Shown piece by piece: positions 11,625 through 22,395 of a stretch of 46,907 nt of DNA. A model generated the notes under the pieces. It was not told the DNA's origin. It did not search any database and saw only the letters and a program-made list of their open reading frames with translations. Origin of the DNA: Octopus bimaculoides (lineage: Eukaryota). Location of the stretch: positions 11,936,100 to 11,983,006 of the forward strand of contig NC_069006.1 in NCBI RefSeq assembly GCF_001194135.2, in the 5' to 3' direction. How positions within the stretch are numbered: position 1 is the stretch's first letter; each line of letters begins with the position of its first letter. The position numbers were made by a program, and so were the translations under genes.

Positions 11625-12745
11625 CCCTCAAGTACATTAAACACCAAGGATATACAAAAAATAGACTCCCTCAAATGTCAGGTGGGGTCCTTAGAAGTAG
11701 AAAACAATTTCCATTACTTAGGTGACCGAGTTAGTAGTAGGGGAGGTTGTTCTGAAAGCATAGCTGCTAGAATAAGAATAGGCTGGGCAAAGTTCAGAGA
11801 GCTACTACCTCTGTTAGTAATGAAGGGCTTTTCCCTCACAGTGAAAGGCAGATTATATGATGCCTGTGTATGAACAGCTACATGGCAATGAGACATGAGC
11901 TGTGACTACAGAGGATATGCAAAGGCTTGAAAGAAATGAAGCCAGTATGCTTCTCTGGGTGGGTAATGTGGGTGCATATACAACAGAGTGTAAGTGAATT
12001 GAGAGAAAAACGGTGTATGAGGTATCAGATGTAGTGTACAAGTGAGAAGACTACCCTGGTATGGCCATGTTATAGCAATGAAGACAGCTGCATCAAGAGG
12101 TGCCAATCTCAAATTGGAGAAGGATCATGTAGAAGGGGTAGACCCAGGAAGACGTGGGATGAAGTGGTAAGAAAGGATCTACAGACATTGAGACTGACAA
12201 ATGGGATGACAGGAGATGGAGACTCCTAACGATTTGCTGTGCTTGAAAAGATATACATTATTTACATTATTTACATTTGATGGATATTTGTCCTCATCTT
12301 GTTTGTATTTAACAACAAACAAGATGAGGACAAATATCTGTCAAATGTAGATAATGTACATAATTCCTCATCTCTTAAATATAGAACTGTATTACTTGAA
12401 AAGATATGTCAAACTAAGTAATAGTGTGGTTGTTCTTGCATCCAAACTTTCCCCTGCATCCATCTCCAGCTGAGCATCCCTAACCTTGCGGGCTCATAGG
12501 TACTGGTACCATGTAAAAAGACACTTGTACTGGTGCCACATAAACGCATCTGTGCTGGTGCTGTGTAAAAGCACCTGGTGCACTCTGTAAAGTGGTTGGT
12601 TTTAGGAAGAGCATCCAGCTGTAGAAACCATGCCAAAACAGATATGGAGCCTAGGCAGCTCTTCAGCTGGCTAGCTCCTATGTAACTGGCCAACTCATGC
12701 CAGCATGGAAAACGGATATTAAATGATGACGAGGATGATGATTTA
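11625..12745 (+). mobile_element. 5'-truncated RTE-type LINE: RT C-terminus, 3' UTR and (GAT)n tail
   Basis: LEVENNFHYLGDRVSSRGGCSESIAARIRIGWAKFRELLPLL..KGRLYDACV, then RLPWYGHV and GRPRKTWDEVVRKDL, typical of the RTE RT C-terminal region. Tail at about 12723-12745. Confidence 0.9.
12255..12394. mobile_element. 140-bp fold-back insertion with 13-bp target-site duplication inside the RTE
   Basis: cttgaaaagatat at 12242-12254 and 12395-12407. 43-bp inverted arms at 12263-12305 and 12316-12358 with 3 mismatches. Confidence 0.8.
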
Positions 12746-13079
12746 GATGAAAATGGGCCTCATCACTCATAATAAGGCTGTGAATAAAATCACCCGTCTT
12801 GCCTTTGCCAATTCTTGAATCTGGGCAGCATACGCTAGTCATACCCAATAATCTGTTGGCTTCAGTTCCTGCACAAGTTGCACTTCATATAGGAATAAAT
12901 TCAATATCCTTTGAATCCTCTGTAGTGAGCTTTGGGATATACCCAGCTGCTGGGACTGCCTTTGGGTTAATGTTGAAGGCTTTTCTTTGATGCTCCACTG
13001 TACTTGCTGAATGTTGTCCTGTCAAACTATCCAACCCATGCCAGCATGGAAAATGGATGGTAAATGATGATGATGATGT

Positions 13080-13125
<46 letters not shown>

Positions 13126-13514
13126 ATGTATGTATGAAGAAAAAAAGGAGTCAGAATTTAGAGAAACACAATTTATGTATTATAACTTCTAAGCACTTAC
13201 TTTCTGTTTGAAGGAAATCATTTAAAATGTGTGTGTGTGTGTGTTTGTGTTTGTGTGTGTGTGTGTGTGTGTTTGCATGTGTGTGTGCATGTACATGCGT
13301 TTGAGTATACACATACAAATCTCACTCTGTATATGTATATATAAAACAACAGAGATGATAAAGTGACAGTGGTGTATTAATTGATTTAGCATTGAAAGAG
13401 ATATTGAGAAAATAGAAGGGTTTTTGACGTTTTGAGTTTTATCTCTTTCTCAGAAAGTTAGAGAGAAAAGTAAGAAAAATGTCTATCATTCTGTGATAAG
13501 TCATATTGGTTTTA

Positions 13515-13995
13515 AATTTTGGCACAAGGTCAGCAATTTTGGGGAGGTGGGGTAAGTCGATTACATTGACCCCCAGTGCTCAACTGGAACTTATTTTATC
13601 AGCCCCTGAAAGGTTGAAATGCAAAGTTGATCTCAGCAGAATTTGAACTCAGAACATAAAGACTGATGATATGCCACTAAGCATTTTGCCTGGTGCTGTA
13701 ACAATTCTTATTTCTTTATTGCCCACAAAGGGCTAAACATAGAGGGGACAAACAAGGACAAAGGGATTAAGTTGATTATATCGACCCCAGTGCGTAACTG
13801 GTACATAATTTATCGATCTCGAAAGGATGAAAGCAAAGTCGACCTCGGCGGAATTTGAACTCAGAATGTAACGGCAGATGAAATACCGCTAAGCATTTCG
13901 CCTGACGTGCTAATGATTCTGCCAGCTCGCCGCCTTAATGTAACAATTCTGTAACAATTCCGTGCTGTAACAATTCTGCCAGGTCACTGCCTTTC
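13515..13995 (-). mobile_element. Young SINE family A copy (13709-13938) nested in an older family A copy
   Basis: The inner copy retains CpGs and is flanked by tgtaacaattct at 13697-13708 and 13939-13950. The outer copy resumes at ..ctgccaggtcactgcc. Confidence 0.85.
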
Positions 13996-14050
13996 TACCT
14001 GTCATAAGTCATATTGAAAGCATATGTATAAAGCAGGGTGCGTACACTTA

Positions 14051-14884
14051 TGAGGTGGCATCAAAAAGTTCCTGGCCTAGTTCTCATCACTGTGTTTACT
14101 TCACAAGTTGTGAAATTTGTGTTCTTGTGATCACGTGTATGCTGTAGTCTGCAATTTTGTCATGGGCAGGAAGTTGGAACAAGGAGCCAATGTGAAATTC
14201 TGTGTTAAAATTAGGAAGTCTGCTACAGAGACATTGAGCATTCTTCAGCAAGCTTATATGGTGAGGAGGCAATGGGTCATACACAATGTTTCAAGTGGCA
14301 TGGGTGCTTCAAAAGCAGAAGAACATCCCTGGACGATGATGAGCAATCTGGAAGACCTGTCATGGATGTCACTCCCAGAAATGTGGTATTGTGCAGTGAG
14401 AACTTGTCCTCCAGGGCCAGACTGTCAATCAAGAGTTCTGTTGTGATGTTTTGATGCATTTGAGGGAGGAGATTCAGCAAAAATGACCAGATCTGTGCAG
14501 TACGAAGAATTGGATTCTTCTCAAATGATAATGCACCTTGTTACTGAGCTCTCCTCACTCATGGGTTTCTCACCAAAGCAACATGGCATCACTTCCACAT
14601 CTGCCCTGTTCACCAGAATTAGCACCATCAGACTTCCATCTCTTCCCCAAGATTAAAATGCAGCTGAAAGGTCGCTGTTTTAACACCATTGTCAAGATCC
14701 AGAAGGTCCTTGACTTGCTTACAAAAAATGACTTCCAGGCTGGATTCCAAAGGTGGCAAGAATGCTGGGACTGGAGTATTGCTGCTCAAGGTGATTATTT
14801 CAAAGGAGTTCATGTTAAAATTTAGATAAATAGGTAATTTTTTATTAAACATAACCAGTCCAGGAATCTTTTGATTTTACCTTG
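14051..14884 (+). mobile_element. Mariner transposon, internally deleted (834 bp), both TIRs and TA TSDs present
   Basis: TA|tgaggtggcatcaaaaagttcctggcctagt versus accagtccaggaatcttttgattttaccttg|TA. Protein pieces MGRKLEQGANVKFCVKIRKSATETLSILQQAY, CFKWHGCFKSRRTSLDDDEQSGRP and LPHLPCSPELAPSDFHLFPKIKMQLKGRCF. Confidence 0.9.
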
Positions 14885-15220
14885 TAGCTGTCTAGCTTGC
14901 TATCTTCTGTCTGGTATTCCATATATCTATCTATCTAGCCATTTGTCTGTCTAGATTTATTTATCTATCTCTCCAGCTGCCTGGTTGTCTGTCTTTCAAT
15001 CTGTCTATCTGTCTGTCTGTCTCTATGATTCTGACTGCCTGTCTCTCTATCTGTCTATCTATCTATCTGTCTGTCTGTCAGTCTGTCTGTCTACATATCT
15101 GTCTATCTCTTTATCTATCTGTCCACCTGCCTATCTATCCATTTACCTATCTGCCTGCCTATTTCTGTCTGTCTGTCTCTCTCTCTCTATATGTGTGTGT
15201 TTATGTATGTATACATCTGA

Positions 15221-15598
15221 GTGGAGGTGCAATGGCCCAGCAGACTCGCGGTTGTAGGATCACGGTTTCGATCCTCAGACCGGGCGTTGTGAGTGTTTAT
15301 TGAGCGAAAACACCTAAAGCTCCACGAGGCTCCGGCAGGGGATGGTGGCGAACCCTGCTGTACTCTTTCACCTCAACTTTCTCTCACTCTTTCTTTCTGT
15401 TTCTGTTGTGCCTGTAATTCAAAGGGCCAGCCTTGTCACACTCTGTGTCATGCTGAATATCCCCGAGAACTAGGTTAAGGGTACACGTGTCTGTGGAGTG
15501 CTCAGCCACTTGCCCGTTAATTTCACGAGCAGGCTGTTCCGTTGATCGGATCAACTGGAACCCTTGATGTCGTAACCGATGGAGCACCAACAACAAAA
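15221..15598 (+). mobile_element. SINE family C, tRNA-like head and (CAA)n tail
   Basis: gtggaggtgcaatggcccag..gactcgcggttgtaggatcacggtttcgatcc (tRNA-like with B-box), unique body, ends gcaccaacaacaaaaa. Many CpGs retained. Confidence 0.7.
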
Positions 15599-15663
15599 AG
15601 TATACATCTGTGTATATATATGTGTGTATATGTATGCATGCATGTAGTGTGTATATGTGTGTC

Positions 15664-15710
<47 letters not shown>

Positions 15711-16350
15711 CATGAGTCTTTATGTATGTATTTTATGCATGTGACTATGTATACATATGTGAATGTAGGTGTATATACATGTGTGTGTAATGATCGTATA
15801 CCTTACATATATCTTTACAAATGTGACAACATCCAGTGTTATCTAATTAATTATAAGTTTCGTCTACCTCTGTATGCTAAATTAACTCCTGAAGCGATGT
15901 GTAACAAAGATCATTATCGTTCTTCATAATCGTATTAAAAAATAATAATAATGTCCTACTAACTATGTCTCAGCTAATGCGAGCATCTTTTGCTGTTTCA
16001 TAAAAACTCCAAGTTTTTTCTGTTCTTTGTCCTCTATTATTTATGTAACTCATACTGATTGATATTTTTTTTTCCCAGCTGAAATTATTATTATTATGAT
16101 ATTGTGGTTGTTACTATGGAGTCTGTTATTTCAAAGTCTTACATGTGTGCATATGTATGCATGTATGTGTGTGGATGGACACTTACATATATGTACATCA
16201 TGCTCTGACTCATACATAAATGTGCATGCGTGTATTCACACACAAGCAAATACACACATTCACACACACGTATGTGTGTATCTGTCTGTCTCTCTCTCTT
16301 TCTTTCTCTCTCTCTCTTTATTTCTTTCTCTCTCTCTCTTTATTTCTTTC

Positions 16351-16424
<74 letters not shown>

Positions 16425-16789
16425 AATATGAATGTCTGTATTTATGTATGCACAAGTCTGTACAGGGATATATGCATATACAAATATATATGTATGCATA
16501 CAGACGCACATACACACATACACACACATATACACACACAGAGGTATGTATGTATATATACAGATTATTATAGTAGCAATAACAATAACACAGACTACAC
16601 ACACACACACACATCATGGTGTATATATTTTCATTGTACATATTCTTCTGTTGTTGTTTTCTATACTTTTTCCACAACATATCTTTACTTGTCTAACTCA
16701 ATATATTATTTTTTGGTTTGTCTCTTCCTTACTTCCTTATCTCAATCTTCCTTGTGTAATTTGAGTGTTCTTATCTAGTGATATATATG

Positions 16790-16997
16790 TATCAGTCTGT
16801 CTGGCATTCGCCATGATAGATCGCTAGCCACTAAACCTTTTTTATTTTCTCTCCCTGTTTATTTCTGTGTTCCTTTCTGTTGAAGAGCGTAGGCTCGAAA
16901 CATAAAAGACTTTTTCACTTCCAGAGTGTTAAACTAATACATATGTTTGTTGTTTACATGCCTGTCTTAGTCTTTTGGGTTGTTTTTTTGTAAATTC

Positions 16998-17001
<4 letters not shown>
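16790..17001 (+). mobile_element. Probable PLE terminal-repeat remnant (family 1)
   Basis: Homologous to 20431-20572 (minus). Both end directly in (TA)n and carry tgaagagc-gtag-gctc-gaaac, a hammerhead-like string. PLE assignment is inference. Confidence 0.5.
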
Positions 17002-17055
<54 letters not shown>

Positions 17056-17057
<2 letters not shown>

Positions 17058-18030
17058 CATTTAACATCCGTTGTCCATACTGGCATGGGTTGGACAGTGT
17101 GATCAGAGCAGGCAAGCTGGTAGGGCTTCACCAGACTCCAGTCTGATTTGGCATGGTTTGTGTGGATGGATGCCCTTCCTAATGCCAACCACTTTACAGT
17201 GTGCCAGATGCTTTTACGTGGCACCATATGGGCACTTTTATGTGACACTGCACAGACACTTTTGTTTGATACCATATGGGTGCTTTCACATATCACTGCA
17301 CAGGTGCTTGTACATGATGTCACATGGACACTTTTATGTGACACTGCCATGTGTGCTTTACACCACCAGAAGGATCGGTCCTAACACTTTTGCTGTGGGG
17401 TACAGTTTTTCTTGAGTATGGCCAGGTGCCAGGTATCTTGGTCCTTTGTCATCTTACCTGAAAGGTTGGGCTTCCTGAGGTTGTTCTTCTGTACTTCATC
17501 CCATGTCCTCCTGGGTCTCCTACTTCCTCATGTTCCATCCAGTTTGAGAGATTGGTACTTCTTTATGGAGTTGTCGGCATCCATCCACATTGCATGACCA
17601 AACCAGTGCAGTCTCCTTTCTTGCACACAGCATTAAATTCCTCTTATACCTAACTTCTCTCTCAGAACACTGGCACTTTGTTGAACATGTACGCCCGCAT
17701 TACCCCTATGTCAGAGCACACTAGCCCCATTCCTTTCTAACCTTGGCATGTCCTCTGCATTCAGGGCCCATGTCTCACTACCATGTAGAACTGCTGTCCA
17801 TATATATGCATCATTCAATCTCCCTTTCATTTTAAAAAAGGGAAACCTTTCATGACCAACAGAGGTAACAGTTCTCTAAATTTCCTCCATCCTATTCTTA
17901 TTCTAGCTATCACACTCTCTGTGCATCCTCCCCCACTTCTAATTTGGTCCTCCAGGTAGCAGAAATTATCTACTACCTCTAATCAGCCACCAGGGCATTT
18001 GAGAGAATCAATTTCCCAAGTCTCTGAAGT
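17056..18030 (-). mobile_element. 5'-truncated RTE-type LINE: RT C-terminus and 3' UTR
   Basis: Minus strand EVVDNFCYLEDQIRSGGGCTESVIARIRIGWRKFRELLPLL...VLHGSETWALNAEDMPRLERN...ERRLHWFGH...RRPRRTWDEV, with stops. Confidence 0.9.
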
Positions 18031-18074
18031 TTTTAAGGATCCTTTGCATTTTCTTCCAGATAAGAAAACTTGTC

Positions 18075-18160
18075 TTGGTTAAGTCAGTCTCTTGTTACTC
18101 TAAGTTTTGTCTGTGCACCCAAAGGCAAAACTCAGAGTAGCAAGAGCCTGACTTAACTAA
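18075..18160 (+). ncRNA. Candidate pre-miRNA-like hairpin (or MITE relic)
   Basis: 38-bp stem (18075-18112 with 18123-18160) with 3 G-U pairs and 2 mismatches on the + strand, and a 10-nt apical region. No known miRNA recognised. Confidence 0.3.
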
Positions 18161-18521
18161 AGTAAAAATATTAATCTCTATTATGATATAGAGTATTCTT
18201 TCTTCTGAGNNNNNNNNNNNNNNNNNNNNNNNNNNNNNNNNNNNNNNNNNNNNNNNNNNNNNNNNNNNNNNNNNNNNNNNNNNNNNNNNNNNNNNNNNNN
18301 NNNNNNNNNNNNNNNNNNNNNNNNNNNNNNNNNNNNNNNNNNNNNNNNNNNNNNNNNNNNNNNNNNNNNNNNNNNNNNNNNNNNNNNNNNNNNNNNNNNN
18401 NNNNNNNNNNNNNNNNNNNNNNNNNNNNNNNNNNNNNNNNNNNNNNNNNNNNNNNNNNNNNNNNNNNNNNNNNNNNNNNNNNNNNNNNNNNNNNNNNNNN
18501 NNNNNNNNNNNNNNNNNNNNN

Positions 18522-18606
<85 letters not shown>

Positions 18607-19228
18607 TTATTTATCTATCTATCTATTTAACTATCTATCTATCTATCTATTTATTTATCTATCTATCTATTTAACTATCTATCTATTCATCTATCTATTT
18701 CATATATCTGTCCATCTATATAGCTATCTACACATGCACTCATACACACACACACTTTATCAAATATACTAAGTTCTGTTTTCCTTTACTTTATTCATGT
18801 GTTATCATGTTGGTAATCACACAAATACACTAAGTATGTATGTATGTATGTCTCAGTGTGTGCATGTGTGTGTGTGTGTAAGTATGTGTGAGAAATTTAT
18901 ATGCATACTCACATACACACATATCTAATACCATGTGGTCAAAACAACAAAAAACAGTGAACTTCCTCCTGTCCACTTAGGCTATTAAAATCTATGATTT
19001 ACTATAATATTATAATATACAACATATATAATCTGACCTGTATTATAGGTCAGATTTCTGAAATATTCCGGAAGAATTTGGTTTGGAAAGATGGAAACAT
19101 TAAATCCATAAAATGGAGACATTTGATGGCTTTAAAGTAATAAAGCAATGGAATCTTGTTGCTATTGTTGTATGTCTGATAAAGTAATTAGTCTCTGTAT
19201 ACACACATATATGCATTTACGGATATAT

Positions 19229-19229
<1 letters not shown>

Positions 19230-19289
<60 letters not shown>

Positions 19290-20190
19290 ATGACCATCTG
19301 CTTTCCATGCTGGCATGAGTTGGATGGTTTGGCAAGAGCTGGCAAGCCAGAACACTGTGCCAAACTCAACTTACTACTTTGGCATAATTTCTATGGCTGG
19401 ATGCCCTTCCTAATGCCAACCACTTCCCTAAATGTACTGGATGCTTTTTACGTTGGACTGAAACCAATGAAGTCACCAAGTAACTCGCAAGACAAGATCC
19501 CCCAAAAAATGCGTGGCGCAATAGTATTGATGAAGGTGGCTGTATACCAGGTGATGAGGAGTTAAAGCATGACAGGAATTAGTGTGTTGCTGTGGGAGAG
19601 ATACATGATTCCCTTACTTGGGAAAGGAGAGAAAAAATGGTAAAGAAGATGTGTCTGGGCACTCCATATATATATGTATATATATATATTGAAGCCAGTG
19701 CCACATGACTGGCTCCCTGCACTGGTGGCACGTAAAAAACACCATCTGAACATGTCTGATGCCAGTCCCTTCCAACTAGTTCCTGTGCTGGTGGTACATA
19801 AAAAGCACCATCTGATCATGGTCGATGCCAGTGCTGCCTGACTAGCTCTCGTGTCTGTGACATGTAAATAGTGCACCCACTACACTCTTGGAGTGGTTGG
19901 TGTTAGGAAGGGCATCCCACTGTAGAAACCTTGCCAGATCAGATTGGAGTCTGGTGCAGCCTACTGGATTGCCAGTCACCAGTCAAACTGTCCAACCCAT
20001 GCCAGCATGGAAAACAGACGCTAAACAATGATAATGATGAAGACGATAGTATATCATCATCATCATCATCATCATCATTTTTAATGTCTCTTCTCCATGC
20101 TGGCATGGACTGGACAGTTTGACTGGGGTTTGACAGGAGTTGACCAGCTGGAGATCTGCCTGAACTCCATTTGTTTGTTTTGGCATGAAT
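19230..20190. mobile_element. Cluster of three RTE 3' UTR fragments: 19230-19600 (-), 19690-20045 (+), 20055-20190 (-)
   Basis: Each has the ccatgctggcatgg/gggttggac and ggatgcccttcc motifs and a (CAT)n or (GAT)n tail. Confidence 0.75.
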
Positions 20191-20394
20191 ATATGTGTAT
20201 ATATATATACACATATATGAGCAAAATATTCGAAGTATGATGCTACTATTCATAATATCATCTGTGGTGAATATTTTTAATTTTTAATTATTTTGTGCCT
20301 TCAGGTAGTTGAATTAGGACTTTAGCTCTTATTACTAAACAGGTTGATGCTTTTTTGCATCCTTATGCTTCATGCTAATTAAAAATTTTATATA

Positions 20395-20429
<35 letters not shown>

Positions 20430-20430
20430 G

Positions 20431-20572
20431 GTGAGAATTTACAAAAAAACAAACGACAAAGACGGATGTATTAGTTTAATGCTTGGGAAGTGAAAAAGTC
20501 TTTTATGTTTCGAGCATACGCTCTTTGACAGAAAGGAACACAGAAATAAACAGGGAGAGAAAATAGAAAAAA
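20431..20572 (-). mobile_element. Probable PLE terminal-repeat remnant (family 1), second copy
   Basis: Reverse complement aligns with 16840-17001. Flanked by (TA)n on both sides. Confidence 0.55.
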
Positions 20573-20610
20573 TGTTATGTTATATAAATATATATATATA
20601 TATATATATA

Positions 20611-20651
<41 letters not shown>

Positions 20652-20655
<4 letters not shown>

Positions 20656-20884
20656 CAAAAAGTTTTATATCTTGGACATAGAGCTACCCAAGATTTCATA
20701 TCCACAAAGCCAAAGCCTTGTGGACAGCTTGTCAGACTCTATTTAAAGACAAAAATTAAAAATTTCTATGTTGCGGATGTGATGAAACGCTCAGAAATCA
20801 AGAAATACATCTTAACTAAAAAACATTGTGGGTACAAAACCTTGGGTAACTCTATGTCCAAGATAGAAATTTTTTTGTTTTAAC
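20652..20884 (-). mobile_element. Solo terminal-repeat remnant of the Naiad-like PLE, with an inverted partial copy
   Basis: The reverse complement of 20660-20815 aligns with the PLE 3' region at 41820-41950. Arms of about 57 bp at 20652-20708 and 20826-20884 are inverted copies. Confidence 0.75.
20678..20742 (-). ncRNA. Type I hammerhead ribozyme motif (degenerate, G8 to A)
   Basis: Minus strand: atagagt CTGACAA g c tgtccacaa [ggctttggct] ttgtggata t GAAA tcttggg TA gctctat. Stems I, II and III close around the core in hammerhead order. Confidence 0.7.
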
Positions 20885-21726
20885 AATTACTCTATTCTTT
20901 GGAGTCTGCTTTTGATATATGTTTTATTAACTATATATTTATATATAGTTAATAAAACTATATATAAATGGATGTTTTATGAATTCATTATAGCAACCTG
21001 CTATAATGAATCCATAAACACGTATAAAACATCCAAGGGTATGTTTTTTTCACTCTGAACATATTATGCTCAGATCATGTGAATTTAATATTTAATTAAT
21101 ATTCACTGAATATTAATTGAAACAACAGTAAGGGATGATGATTAATTTGTTGTTAATAATAAACAATTATTAATTTCCCAATCTCCATTTTCTTTTTCTT
21201 CTTTTATATGAATATAAACTATGTTTTTATGTATACACCTATCATTTTAAGGAAATTAATTCCCCCCAAATACTAGGTATTAAACCAGTATTTCTTTGGA
21301 TGAAGCAATCTCTTCATGAGGTTAACAAGACCTCTCATCGAATTTATAATAATAATAATTCTAGGATGGAATTTATGAATATTTAATACATCGCTATGTA
21401 CATTTCCACAAATCACATGCTATTGACATCAGAGTGTAGTCTGTATTATCCCTGGGCACCCAGCTGATCATCAGGCAATACTGCATTATTGGATGAATGC
21501 TAGTATGAAGGTATAATGAAATAGGAGCTTTATTTGCATACCCCTAACATTACCTTAAATGAATTTAAAATTTATGTATAATATATATATATATATATAT
21601 AAACCCACATACACATACAGATACACAAGCGTTCCTCCCACATAAATACATAAATAACTCAAGAGCTTAGAATCTCATATCAAATTTCTTGTTAAACTGA
21701 GCAGAATTTAAACCATCAGTTGTATG

Positions 21727-22319
21727 AAAAGGCAACCTTTATATCCATCTTAACTTGGAGGTGTTGTTAGAATGCCAAATACTGTTGAATTTGCTTTGAG
21801 CTTCTCTCATACTGATGTACGGTGCTAAGAGCACAGACATGTATCATAGAAGGTGAGAATCATCTGGCATGGATGCTGGAGCTGCCAGGTCACATACTTT
21901 CATCATATTGTACTTCCTCTGTGACAGGTGTCCGGTCACCACATATCAGCCAAACCTCTCTGCTTTTATGCAGCATGTGTCTATAGAAGAAGATCACTCA
22001 AGGCAAATACCACAGTATTTGGCATTCTAACAATACATGCTACATCGGATTTAAAGGTTGCCCTTTGGTGTTAATACTGCTTCCATCACTAATATTTGTT
22101 TTTAATGAGCCTGCTGGTTATTTGTGACATCTGTAACTGAAAAGACACTGTTATGCTATAGATTGCTGGAAGTGAGATTTGGTTGGTATGCAGTCAGTCT
22201 GCTATGATATACATGTGCTTTTAGCATCATACATCTGTATGAGAGGACCTCTCAAGGCAAACACCACAGTATTCAGCATTCTAACCATAAATCCACATTG
22301 GATACAAAGATTACCTTTT
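21727..22319. repeat. Fold-back / MITE-like structure with one forward and two reverse arms
   Basis: Arm A 21727-21849 is the inverted complement of arm B (21961-22066) and arm C (22202-22319). Shared core gttagaatgccaaatactgt..atttgc(c/t)ttgag. Confidence 0.6.
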
Positions 22320-22395
22320 GATATTAATACAGCTTTTGTCATTAATATTTATTATTAACTTCATGCATGCACACACACACACACACACACACATG

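Noticed and set aside
15384-16778. Many overlapping ORFs of 90-180 aa (YIYI, SLSL, CVCV, HTHT), also at 29645-29947 and elsewhere
   Set aside because: Translations of stop-free dinucleotide microsatellites.
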